Shown: one piece after another, positions 30,301 to 38,763 of the stretch
Layout: each line of letters opens with the position of its first letter
How positions within the stretch are numbered: position 1 is the stretch's first letter
From: Pseudomonadota bacterium
Lineage (GTDB): Bacteria > Pseudomonadota > Gammaproteobacteria > Xanthomonadales > Xanthomonadaceae
Assembly (NCBI GenBank): GCA_023430045.1
Contig: JAEZCF010000056.1
Span: 22,116-86,115, forward strand
Direction of reading: 5' to 3'
Length of the DNA stretch: 64,000 bases
The notes under the pieces: generated by a model
The model's input: only the letters and a program-made list of their open reading frames with translations
Database searches by the model: none
Told to the model about the DNA's origin: nothing
Position numbers and translations under genes: made by a program

Positions 30301-30474
30301 TTATTACATATGCGATTCAATCGAATTTACCCTCGCCACTCCAGAGTACAGGAGGCTGTCACCTGGGAGCTCCTTAAGCGATCATACACCCGCTTACTAA
30401 GGTTCTCAGCAAGCGCACCTTTACCTCAGAAATTTAAAAGCGCCTTAAGCATTCGCGAGAAGGAACCTGATTAA
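27328..30474 (+). CDS. lanB: Lanthipeptide dehydratase LanB (glutamylation and elimination domains)
   Basis: RYLLRMSSRPTPFG, GRVMGRF, LYQFL; C-terminal FFVRFRD..HLRMRL, YIPEISRYGG, AEEIFCRDS, SLLHMRFNR; alternative TTG start at 27292. Confidence 0.93.
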   Translation: MKPKNKLKSIPYSTFIADKVGVLRAPTLPVSICTEILLKSAAEIRELAIEALSSAPFVDALYTASPTLYKRAMKWKSKENTNQGLEFSIARYLLRMSSRPTPFGSFSSVSLVSTDSEKTCVSAPDAGCLRKVATIDYRVQANLAKSAANESQRSALRYSPNDTISVADKHIKLLAWPRGDISAPLQFVEFEITPLLTFILNESSANSGLTIPELAYHINHSFEGQFTTEEVDHYLQELVDEEILTCDSLYCPTSDDHLLSLISQLPPESESRSKAIAMRSCIKSINSRGSDSILSQMLKLDEIASKYTALGKPAVKIDTISDNTAGSLGKKDLDVIINTVSRLADFKQRSGSLSIFKERYASLFGDASTSLAEVIPFLGHLGFPDTLNAPASMSDLLNPKFLKNNNNKAKSFGKWEEHAIALMARDSSREYIDLEGVRTSLDDESPDRLATSIDSIVTWISLWEHPLDGAQLEIRSAGTQAPGRVMGRFAHAIPALKTYLSELEKDTDDCVYSQIVHVPNPQAGNILTRCSMPGPELKIRTGGSQLTSDISISDIDVFISQGKVFLWSRSRNKEVRIRMNSAHAFSKSGDHPLYQFLNEVSNQDPNCSLPSLRRCLPHAAYLPGLRLGRVLIERRTWLLQAGDITQAGDDEKRIVSRLRDTALRIGLPTFFEEHGVDLAIPYSFQNDWNAQEFWKLLKNKGSIVVTESFPLDSRPGISSNAGPTMHEIQVTLRPMQRRTMAIPITPQPGPLIKNRSWLSWNVYCRTASQNLFLRTFKEWSKEACKTLKHEMFFVRFRDDRGDHLRMRLKASDLETSNNLRRDFEDELNRLKNSHLIYSFLYVDYIPEISRYGGFRLLSRAEEIFCRDSKIIIATLGKTTTSLTEHWRTAATAADLMLSSIGLKDISSRLEFATKAAEDFQYEMRFSAQQRKLIGNIFRKSKPIFHQDGKHIADISALNELGSCAQPGDGFDWSENGFGDLTESEIYQYRWSLLHMRFNRIYPRHSRVQEAVTWELLKRSYTRLLRFSASAPLPQKFKSALSIREKEPD

Positions 30475-31245
30475 GTGCATCAGATATCTCGACTTGAACT
30501 TCCTGCTATTAGTGAGTTCAATCCAGCGACGCGAAGGTGCCTGGATCGAATGGAACTATCATGGGGAAATCTTTATAACAGCACCTCCTCCAAATTAGAT
30601 CCGGATGCTCTTTGCCAGATTTACTGGGAGGATCAATCTCGAGACTTGAGACATCCACTGTCTGAACTATGGTCGTCACTGCAGACTAAAAACTCCATAC
30701 GCAGCGATCGCTCTTCCGAGGATGAGATACGTCTATCGAGGATAGCGTCATCTCTTTTTGCAGGACTGAAAGTCGACAATCATATATTGTTCACGGATTG
30801 GCTCTGCATGATCAACTCGCACGCCTTAAACCGTGATAAAGGATTTATCCGCGTTACGGAGAGCGCCACAACTGCGGATATAAATGGAGCGCGCAACTTC
30901 TTTTGTGAGGCCAACAATCTTGGATGCGAACTTCAAAGATTGCACGATTTTCTAGCTTCGCAGAAAGACCATCCTGCGCTCTGTGCAGTTACAGCATTAT
31001 GTTCACTTCTTACGCTACATCCGTTTGTCGACGGTAATGGACGCGTTGCGCGGGCTGCCTTCAATGCTATCTCGGCCTCAATGTCTCAGCGGGAGCTGTT
31101 TCTACCATTGCACTTAATATTCAACGCCTCCCAGGGAGGATTTGAAATACGACTCAAGGAAGTACAGACAAATAAAAATTGGTCACTCGTCTATTTGTAC
31201 TTTGGATCTATCTTCGACCTTTGCTTGCATGCCCGCGACGCATGA
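30475..31245 (+). CDS. Fic-domain protein (putative AMPylase or related transferase)
   Basis: Complete Fic signature HPFVDGNGRVAR; GTG start immediately follows the lanB TAA. Confidence 0.88.
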   Translation: MHQISRLELPAISEFNPATRRCLDRMELSWGNLYNSTSSKLDPDALCQIYWEDQSRDLRHPLSELWSSLQTKNSIRSDRSSEDEIRLSRIASSLFAGLKVDNHILFTDWLCMINSHALNRDKGFIRVTESATTADINGARNFFCEANNLGCELQRLHDFLASQKDHPALCAVTALCSLLTLHPFVDGNGRVARAAFNAISASMSQRELFLPLHLIFNASQGGFEIRLKEVQTNKNWSLVYLYFGSIFDLCLHARDA

Positions 31246-31276
31246 TAGTTATTGCCTTAATTATTCACGAGGGCGC

Positions 31277-31307
31277 AAAAAGAAAACGGCCGGGTTTCCC
31301 CGGCCGT
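31277..31307 (-). terminator. Intrinsic terminator of the TonB-dependent receptor gene, right island edge
   Basis: Minus strand ACGGCCGGG-gaaa-CCCGGCCGT-TTTCTTTTT. Confidence 0.8.
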
Positions 31308-31335
31308 CCTGTTCAACACTTCAGTTCCGGGTGGA

Positions 31336-34300
31336 TCAGAACTTGTAGCGGAAGCCCACCTGCAGCGACCAGCGCGATTCCCAATCGGTCAGATTGACCG
31401 GAGTGACCTTGCTTTCGTCGAAGTTATAGATGTACTTGCCAGTCGCCTGATCGATGCCGGCGAAGCTCGCCGCGCCACGGCCGCTGAACGGGGAAGCGTA
31501 GCTGACCTTGCCCCAGTCCTTGTTCAGCAGGTTGCCAACGTTCATCACGTCAAGCCAGATTTCCGCCTTGTGGCCCTTGAAGAAGGCCGGCAGTTCCTGG
31601 CTGACGCGCAGGTCGAAGGTATTCACCCACTTGTTGCGGGCGCTGTTGCGCGGAGCAATATCACCGCTGTAACGCTCGAGCTGATCGTTGCCGTCCAGCC
31701 AGCTGAAGAACGCGTCTTCCATCGAAGCGCCGCCGGTGAACAGCACGTCGCCACGACCGGCCGGCACGTAGAACAGGTCGTTGCTGTAGCCGTCGCCGTT
31801 GGCGTCGTTCAGGAAGCGCCAGCTGTACGGCAAGCCGGAACGGCCTTCGTAGAACACCGACACTGTGGTGTAGTTGTCGCCAAAGAACGCCTTGCGGAAC
31901 TGCAGGCTGCCGGTGACGCGATTCTTGATCTCGTAGTTGGAGGTCGAAGCCACCACGTCATTCGGGTTTACGCCCAGCACACCATTCCAGTTGGAGATGG
32001 CGCGCGAAGAGGTCAGCGGGCTGACTTCGGTAGCGTCCGTATAGGTATAGCCAAGCGACCAACCCCAGGTGTCGGTGAGCGGCTTGCTCAGGCTGGCGGT
32101 GAACTGCGTGCTACGGCCCTTGTCCGTGTTCTTCAGCAGGATCACACCATCGTTGTGCCAGCCGGTGATGTTTTCATAACCCGGCAGCGTGTCCGCGATG
32201 GCACCGACATTGGTGTTGCTGCCAGCGCGCACGCCGGTGCCTGCGTACGGGTTGCTCCAGTACATGTCACGACCATCCTGACCACGTTGGGCGTTGACGT
32301 TGCCCAGGTCCAGACGTTCGAACGTGATGCCATCCTTGACCTTGGTGTAAAGCAGTTCGACCGAACCCACAACGCCATACCACGGCAGCTCATGTTCGAA
32401 GGCCAGGTTGGCCTTCCACACCGACGGCTGACGGATGTCTTTTTCCATCAGATTGACCATCGAGGTGTATCCGGAAGCCGGCGACGGAACGGTCGGGTTG
32501 TCCGGGTCCAGCGAGACCGGCAGGTTGTTCCACATCGCTTCGCGCTCGGCCTGGCTCATACCTGCTGCACGGGCGTTGTAACCGATCAGGCCGAAGCCGC
32601 TGTTCTGGTACGAGTTACCCACCCACACGTTGGCTGCGGCACCCTGGAACAGGCCCATACCACCACGCAACTGGGTCGGACGCTCGCTGTCGAAGGTGTA
32701 GTTGAAACCGAAACGAGGCTGCACCAGTGCCTTGTCCAAGGTCTCACGGTTGTCGTAACCGTAGATTTCCTGCACCAACAGGTTATGAACCGGCACATCA
32801 TCCACATCCGGAATGTCGACACGCAGGCCGAACATCAGGCTCAGGTTGTAGTTGACCGCCCAGGTGTCCTGCACGAACAGGCCAGTGTTCTTGTGCTTGT
32901 ACTGCATGGCGACCGAGTCCAGATTCTGGCCCGGCACCGGCGCGTTCAGGTCATAGACCGAATAGTGGCCATTACGGAAATCTTCCAGGCTTGCAAACCC
33001 GTACGTACCCCAGATGTTCTGGGCATACAGGTTGTAGATGTCGTTGGATTCCCAGTCGAAGCCGAACTTGATGGTGTGGTCGCCCACATACCAGTTGGCC
33101 GCGCCGTACGCCGTGGTGGTTTCCGTATTGATCTGGTTGCCGTGACGGAATTCGTCAGCACCTGCGGCCAGATACGGAGGTGCCACGTTCGCATTGCTTG
33201 CACCGCTGCCAATGACGATCATCGGCAGACGCGAGTACACGCTGCTCAGCGAATCGTAAGTACGGCGACCTACCTTGAACTCGGTGGAGAAGTTCTCGTT
33301 CCAGTCGCTGAACAGCTGCACGACACTGGTTTCAACTTCCTTGGTGATGTCGTACCAGCGGCTGCTCAAACCCAGAGCCGGGCCAGTAGCCGTCATGCCA
33401 TGACCAGAATAGCCAGTGGCCAGGCTGCTGCCCACTAGATTCGGATCGGTCTGCTCCAGCTTGGAGAAGCGGGCCGACACACGATGGTCATCGTTGATGT
33501 TCCAGTCGATCTTGACCGCGTACTCTTCGACTTCCTGCTTGGTTTCCGAGGGCGCATCGGCACTGCCCAGATCGACGCCGTAGACATCGCGCGCGATCTG
33601 CTGTGCTTCGGCGATGAATGCCGGGTCGATGTCGATCTCGTTGGTCGCGTTGGAACCTCGGGGACCATACGACTGTGCGGCGCGGCTGCGCTCATACTTT
33701 TCGTAGTTGGCGAAGAAGAACAACTTGTCCTTGACGATCGGACCGCCGAAGGTGGCGCCCCACGTCTTCTCATCCTCGAAACCGTTGAACTTGGCATCGG
33801 TATCCGGATGATCGCCAACCATGTCCTTGTCACGGTAAGTACCGTAGACCGAGCCATGGAACTCATTGGTGCCCGACTTGGTCACCGCGTCAACCACTGC
33901 GCCGGTGGCGCCGGTGATCGTGGTGTCATAGTTGGAGACGTCGATGTTGATCGCCTCGATGGCATCCATCGAAACCGGCTGACGCAAGGTCGGGAAGCCA
34001 TTGGACTCCAGACCGAAGGTGTCGCTGGTGTTGATGCCATCGATACGAATCGCGTTGTAACGCGGATTCTGGCCACCGACGGTCAGCTCACCACGCGACT
34101 TGTCGCTCTGGCTGATACGCGGGTCCAGACGGACGTAGTCCTGGATGTTGCGGTTGATCGACGGCAGCGCCTCGATCTGCTGCTTGGAGACGCTGGTACC
34201 AGCTCCCATCTTGTTGGCGCTGAACACGTCCGAGCCACCACCAATCGCCACTACCTGCACCGCAGCCAGGTCGGTCGCCGCGATGTCACCAGTCAGCGTA

Positions 34301-34629
34301 CCGTTGATGGTATTACTCTGATTCAGGCTCAGGAAAACGCCGTCTTCGGTCTTGGTGCCTTCACCCGGCTTGGTGATTGTGATGGAGTACGGACCGCCCA
34401 CACGCAGGCCGCGCGCGTTATAGCGACCGGCAGCATCGGTAGTCGCACGCGATACAGTGCCCGATTCAACGTGGGTGATCGTGACTTCAGCACCGGCAAC
34501 AGGCGCGCCTGCAGCGGACGTGACCTGCCCGCCTACACCTGCCGAGGTGTTCTGGGCAAAGGCGGGGGCAGCGGCAAGCGCGGCCACGAGACCAAGGGTG
34601 AGCTTGGACATCCGGAGTGGGTGGTTCAT
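31336..34629 (-). CDS. Oar-like TonB-dependent outer membrane receptor
   Basis: Signal peptide, N-terminal carboxypeptidase-regulatory-like domain (GLRVGGPY), VTKSGTNEFHGS, QPRFGFNY, C-terminal RYKF. Confidence 0.92.
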   Translation of the reverse strand: MNHPLRMSKLTLGLVAALAAAPAFAQNTSAGVGGQVTSAAGAPVAGAEVTITHVESGTVSRATTDAAGRYNARGLRVGGPYSITITKPGEGTKTEDGVFLSLNQSNTINGTLTGDIAATDLAAVQVVAIGGGSDVFSANKMGAGTSVSKQQIEALPSINRNIQDYVRLDPRISQSDKSRGELTVGGQNPRYNAIRIDGINTSDTFGLESNGFPTLRQPVSMDAIEAINIDVSNYDTTITGATGAVVDAVTKSGTNEFHGSVYGTYRDKDMVGDHPDTDAKFNGFEDEKTWGATFGGPIVKDKLFFFANYEKYERSRAAQSYGPRGSNATNEIDIDPAFIAEAQQIARDVYGVDLGSADAPSETKQEVEEYAVKIDWNINDDHRVSARFSKLEQTDPNLVGSSLATGYSGHGMTATGPALGLSSRWYDITKEVETSVVQLFSDWNENFSTEFKVGRRTYDSLSSVYSRLPMIVIGSGASNANVAPPYLAAGADEFRHGNQINTETTTAYGAANWYVGDHTIKFGFDWESNDIYNLYAQNIWGTYGFASLEDFRNGHYSVYDLNAPVPGQNLDSVAMQYKHKNTGLFVQDTWAVNYNLSLMFGLRVDIPDVDDVPVHNLLVQEIYGYDNRETLDKALVQPRFGFNYTFDSERPTQLRGGMGLFQGAAANVWVGNSYQNSGFGLIGYNARAAGMSQAEREAMWNNLPVSLDPDNPTVPSPASGYTSMVNLMEKDIRQPSVWKANLAFEHELPWYGVVGSVELLYTKVKDGITFERLDLGNVNAQRGQDGRDMYWSNPYAGTGVRAGSNTNVGAIADTLPGYENITGWHNDGVILLKNTDKGRSTQFTASLSKPLTDTWGWSLGYTYTDATEVSPLTSSRAISNWNGVLGVNPNDVVASTSNYEIKNRVTGSLQFRKAFFGDNYTTVSVFYEGRSGLPYSWRFLNDANGDGYSNDLFYVPAGRGDVLFTGGASMEDAFFSWLDGNDQLERYSGDIAPRNSARNKWVNTFDLRVSQELPAFFKGHKAEIWLDVMNVGNLLNKDWGKVSYASPFSGRGAASFAGIDQATGKYIYNFDESKVTPVNLTDWESRWSLQVGFRYKF

Positions 34630-34873
34630 CTAGGGTAGCCTCGATGGGAGTTGGCGATGGCGGAAAAAAAACGCACCCGTACAGCCTTGCGGGCGGCTGG
34701 ACGGATATTTATCTGGGGTTCCCGACCGTGAGCGGCAGCTGCCGCAACGGTTAACAATAGATTAACACGGTAAGGTCTGATTGTGACGGTAGTGCGACAA
34801 AAGGCACTCCATCGCAACCGGATCGTGACGCAGCCTTCACCTTTGCAGGTCTAAAGCGCTGCCTCCTGGCCAA

Positions 34874-35629
34874 CTAGCCCTGGGTCGGACCCACCGCCAG
34901 GACCTGCCCCCGCCATGTCAAGCCCTTTGGCGAAAGCAGCGACACCGCCAACGCTGCAGCGGCTTCCGGGCCTTGCGCGGCCTCGTCCTGGTCCAGCGAC
35001 CAGGCCCTCGCCCTCAAGGCGGTACGCATCGGCCCCGGCTGCAGTCCTGCCACGCGCACCGAGGTCCCCTGCAGCTCACCATGCAGGCTGGCCAGCAGCC
35101 CGCGCAGCCCATGCTGGGCGGCACCGTAGCCGCCCCAGTACGCCGCGCCCACCCGCGCAGGATCGTCCAGGCACAGCACGATGGCGGCGTCCGCCTGCCG
35201 GCGCAGCAACGGCAGGCAGGCCTGCAGCAACCACGCGGGGGCGGTGAGGGTCACATGCAGCGAACGGGCGAATGCCGCCGGATCGGCCAGGGCAAACGGT
35301 GTCAGACCAGGAAAATCCGCCGCACAGACCAATACGCCATCCAGCCGGCCGAGTTCGCTGCGCAGACGCTCGGCCAGTTCGGCGAAGTCATCCGGGCTGG
35401 CCCCCTCCAGATCCATCGGATACAGCAGGGGCTCCGGCCCGGCTGCCTGGACATCCTGGTAGACGCGGACCAGCCGGCGCGGTTTCCGCCCCAGCAGCAC
35501 CACCGTGGCCCCGGCACGGGCGCAGGCCACCGCAGCGGCACTGCCCAGGCCACCACCCGCGCCGACAATGAGGATCACACGCCCGTCCAGCACCTTGTCT
35601 TCAAGTGCAGGCGACGGGCGGGCATTCAT
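34874..35629 (-). CDS. Short-chain dehydrogenase/reductase (YciK-like)
   Basis: GAGGGLG Rossmann motif, AYWGGYGAAQ, PGPMRT. Confidence 0.85.
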   Translation of the reverse strand: MNARPSPALEDKVLDGRVILIVGAGGGLGSAAAVACARAGATVVLLGRKPRRLVRVYQDVQAAGPEPLLYPMDLEGASPDDFAELAERLRSELGRLDGVLVCAADFPGLTPFALADPAAFARSLHVTLTAPAWLLQACLPLLRRQADAAIVLCLDDPARVGAAYWGGYGAAQHGLRGLLASLHGELQGTSVRVAGLQPGPMRTALRARAWSLDQDEAAQGPEAAAALAVSLLSPKGLTWRGQVLAVGPTQG

Positions 35630-35952
35630 GCGACGGACGCCTCTTCGACTATGCGCTTGAGCTCGCCGGATTCGAACAGCTCCATGATGATGTCGCAGCC
35701 GCCGATCAGCTCACCGTGCATGAACAGCTGCGGGAACGTGGGCAGGTTGGAAAACCGCGGAAGATTCGCGCGGATCTCCGGCTCCTCCAGCACGTTGATG
35801 GTGCGCAGCGAGACAGCGCCGGCCGCCATCAGCGCCTGTACGGCACGGCTGGAAAAGCCACACATGGGATACTGCGGCGTGCCCTTCATGTACAGCACGA
35901 GCGGGTAACGGTCGACTTCGGCCTGGATCTGCTGCATCACTGCCACAACCAC
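35626..35952 (-). CDS. grxD: Monothiol glutaredoxin Grx4
   Basis: LYMKGTP..PMCGFS, TFPQL, IGGCDI. Confidence 0.93.
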   Translation of the reverse strand: MVVAVMQQIQAEVDRYPLVLYMKGTPQYPMCGFSSRAVQALMAAGAVSLRTINVLEEPEIRANLPRFSNLPTFPQLFMHGELIGGCDIIMELFESGELKRIVEEASVA

Positions 35953-36064
35953 ACTGCCTCCTGATGGGAGAACCCGACCGCGCCGGTCGGCTAGACTTCA
36001 CCACGGTAACCGCCATTGTATGCCGATGGAACCTGCCACGGCGCCCACCTGTCACCCTTATCGC

Positions 36065-36646
36065 ATGCCCATCGAACCTGCCGCCCTGCCCTACCCGCCT
36101 GCCGCGCTGCAACCGCACCTGTCCGAACGGGCTGTCCTGCTGCAGCACGGCCAGCACCAGCGTGCCTGCGTGGATATCGTGAATGCCCGCACCGCAGGCG
36201 CCGAGGGCGAGCAGGCCCCGCTTGAACAGATCGTGCGGGAATCGCAAGGCAGCCTGTTCGAGGCAGCGGCCCAGGCATGGAACCTGCAGTTCCAGTGGCA
36301 GTGCCTGCGCGCGCGTGGCGGCGGCGAACCGCAGGGACGGCTGGCCGAACTGATCAAGCGCCGTTTCGGCGATACGACGCAACTTCGGCAGGCTTTCAAC
36401 AATACCGCGCTGGGGCTGTTCGGCTCCGGCTGGGCCTGGCTGGTGCAGCATCCCGATGGCAGCCTGGCAATCGTGGTGACGCGCAATGCGGGCACGCCGT
36501 TGACGGGCAGCAGCACCCCGCTGCTGGGCTGCAACCTGTGGGAACACGCGTATTACCTGGATTACCAGAACGACCGCGCGCGCTATCTGGACGCCTGGTG
36601 GCAGATGGTCAACTGGGAGTTCGCCAGCAGCCAGCTCCAGGCCTGA
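36065..36646 (+). CDS. Fe/Mn superoxide dismutase homolog with degenerate metal site
   Basis: LPY..ALQPHLS, FGSGWAWL, NAGTPL, WEHAYYLDY; 193 aa, colinear with SodB. Confidence 0.85.
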   Translation: MPIEPAALPYPPAALQPHLSERAVLLQHGQHQRACVDIVNARTAGAEGEQAPLEQIVRESQGSLFEAAAQAWNLQFQWQCLRARGGGEPQGRLAELIKRRFGDTTQLRQAFNNTALGLFGSGWAWLVQHPDGSLAIVVTRNAGTPLTGSSTPLLGCNLWEHAYYLDYQNDRARYLDAWWQMVNWEFASSQLQA

Positions 36647-36652
36647 CGCCCC

Positions 36653-36786
36653 GGTAGAGCCGCCCCATGGTCGGCTGCTGGACCGCCGTGACGACCAACG
36701 GTCGTCACCCACCACGGCTTCGGCCACCTACCACAACTTCGGTCACCCACCACAAACCGGTTACCACCCGACCGCCATCCGGCTAC
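36653..36786. repeat. Composite REP cluster between the SOD homolog and purK
   Basis: GGTAGAGCCGCCCCATGGTCGGCTGC plus CGTGACGACCAACGGTCGTCACCCACC (exact reverse complement of 63596-63622) and decayed CACC(C/T)ACC heads. Confidence 0.75.
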
Positions 36787-37935
36787 TTACCCACGCAGCG
36801 CGCGGATTGCCGGCTCGACCTGATCTGCCCGGTCCAGCGCCTCGCCAACCTGCTGCAATGCGGTCGCAAGCGCGTCGGCATTGTCGTCGCGCAGCGTTGC
36901 ATGCCCGACCTTGCGGCCTTCGCGCGACTGCTTGCCGTAGTCGTGCCAGTGCCCGGCGACCTGCGACAATACGGGAACCGGATCAGGCATCGTACCGATC
37001 CAGTTCAGCATGCAGGCATGGCCCAGCATACGCGTATCGCCCAGCGGCAGGCCGAGCACCGCGCGCAGGTGATTCTCGAACTGCGAGGTTTCGCTGCCTT
37101 CGATGGTCCAGTGACCGGAGTTGTGCACGCGCGGCGCCATCTCGTTGGCCAGCAGTTCGCCATCGCGACAGAACAGCTCCAGCGCGAACACACCGACATA
37201 CTGCAGGTGGTCGGCCAGCCTGCGTGCGTAACCCACCGCCGCGTCCTGTTCGGCCGTCGACAGCACCGCCGGGGCCACGCTGGCCGACAGCACGCCGTCC
37301 ACATGCCAGTTGCCGGTGACCGGCCAGGCACGGAATTCGCCATCGCGTCCGCGCACGGCGATGACGCTGACCTCGCGCTGGAACGCGACGAAGCCCTCCA
37401 GGATCAGCCCGGTGTGCTCCACCTGGCCGCCCAGCGCCTGCCACGCAGCATCGATATCCGCTTCACTGCGCAGCCGGAACTGGCCCTTGCCGTCATAGCC
37501 CAGGCGCCGCGTCTTGAGGATGCATGGCAGTCCGAACTCAGCGGCCTTCACCGCCAGCTCGTCGCGGCTGCGGATGTCCGCGAACGGTGGCAACGGAATA
37601 TCCAGCTGCTGGAACAGGGTCTTCTCGCTGAGGCGATCCTGCGCCACCGCCAGCGCCGCCGGCGGCGGATACACCGGCACGCGATCGGCCAGCCAGTGCG
37701 CACTGTCGGCCGGTACATTCTCGAAGTCGAAGGTGACCACGTCGACCCGCGCGGCGAACGCCGCCAGGGCGTCGCGGTCATCGAACGCGCCGACGGTCAG
37801 CGGCGCCAGCGGCGCGCCACACGCATCGGCGGCGGGATCGAACAGTTCAAAGCGCACGCCCAGCGGCGCACCCGCCAAGACCATCATGCGGGCGAGCTGG
37901 CCGCCGCCCAGGATACCGACCGTCTTCGTGCTCAT
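36787..37935 (-). CDS. purK: N5-carboxyaminoimidazole ribonucleotide synthase
   Basis: [36 protein letters not shown]. Confidence 0.97.
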   Translation of the reverse strand: MSTKTVGILGGGQLARMMVLAGAPLGVRFELFDPAADACGAPLAPLTVGAFDDRDALAAFAARVDVVTFDFENVPADSAHWLADRVPVYPPPAALAVAQDRLSEKTLFQQLDIPLPPFADIRSRDELAVKAAEFGLPCILKTRRLGYDGKGQFRLRSEADIDAAWQALGGQVEHTGLILEGFVAFQREVSVIAVRGRDGEFRAWPVTGNWHVDGVLSASVAPAVLSTAEQDAAVGYARRLADHLQYVGVFALELFCRDGELLANEMAPRVHNSGHWTIEGSETSQFENHLRAVLGLPLGDTRMLGHACMLNWIGTMPDPVPVLSQVAGHWHDYGKQSREGRKVGHATLRDDNADALATALQQVGEALDRADQVEPAIRALRG

Positions 37936-38435
37936 TGACGCGGATCGTCGTGGGCCATCACGTCTTCGGTCTGACGCGTGCGGAATTCTTCCAGTGCCTT
38001 GCCGATGGCTGGCTGGTCGCCGGCCAGCATGGCGGCCGCAAACAGCGCCGCATTGGAGGCACCGGCGTTGCCGATGGCAAACGTGGCCACCGGAATGCCC
38101 GCTGGCATCTGCACGATGGACAGCAGCGAATCCATGCCGTTGAGCGCCTTGGACTGCACGGGCACACCCAGGACCGGCACAGCGGTCTTGGCCGCGATCA
38201 TGCCCGGCAGATGCGCCGCGCCACCGGCACCGGCGATGATCGCGCGCAGTCCGCGCTCGCCCGCCTGTTCGGCATAGGAAAACAGGACATCCGGGGTGCG
38301 GTGGGCGGACACCACCTTCACTTCGAACGGAACGCCCAGCGCGTCAAGCTTCTGGGCGGCGTGCTGCATGGTCTCCCAGTCGGAGCGGGAACCCATGACG
38401 ATGCCGACGAGCGGCGCGGATTGGTTGAGGGTCAT
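37932..38435 (-). CDS. purE: N5-CAIR mutase
   Basis: [25 protein letters not shown]. Confidence 0.97.
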   Translation of the reverse strand: MTLNQSAPLVGIVMGSRSDWETMQHAAQKLDALGVPFEVKVVSAHRTPDVLFSYAEQAGERGLRAIIAGAGGAAHLPGMIAAKTAVPVLGVPVQSKALNGMDSLLSIVQMPAGIPVATFAIGNAGASNAALFAAAMLAGDQPAIGKALEEFRTRQTEDVMAHDDPRQ

Positions 38436-38493
38436 TGGCCGTCACCTGCCTTAAAGACGTATTCTAGCCATCTTCCACGCAAGACGAAGAATC

Positions 38494-38763
38494 ATGGACC
38501 GCAAGCTGCTCGACCTGCTGGTATCGCCCGACACCCGCCAACCCCTTTCCCTGCTGGAGACCAAGGGGCTGGAAGCGCTCAACCGCGCCATCGAAACCGG
38601 CACCGTGAGCAGGGCCGATGGCAACGCGCTGGCCCAGCCGCTGCGCCAGGCACTGGTCACCCGCGACCGCCGGCAGGTCTTCCGGCTGGACGATGGCATT
38701 CCGGTGCTGCTGGCCGAAGAGGCCATCCCCACCGCACAGATTGCCGATTTCCCTGCGGCATGA
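38494..38763 (+). CDS. Trm112-like protein
   Basis: MDRKLLDLLVSP, FRLDDGIPVLL. Confidence 0.85.
   Translation: MDRKLLDLLVSPDTRQPLSLLETKGLEALNRAIETGTVSRADGNALAQPLRQALVTRDRRQVFRLDDGIPVLLAEEAIPTAQIADFPAA

Larger units (their letters stand above)
21146..31276 (+). mobile_element. Low-GC genomic island carrying a class I lanthipeptide cluster (no integrase or transposase seen)
   Basis: Abrupt shift to AT-richer sequence and atypical codon usage between ppnN and the TonB-dependent receptor; similar terminator sequences at both ends. Confidence 0.75.

Noticed and set aside
31336..34629. TonB-dependent receptor as part of the lanthipeptide cluster
   Set aside because: Convergent orientation, host-like codon usage, and it lies outside the terminator-marked island edge.
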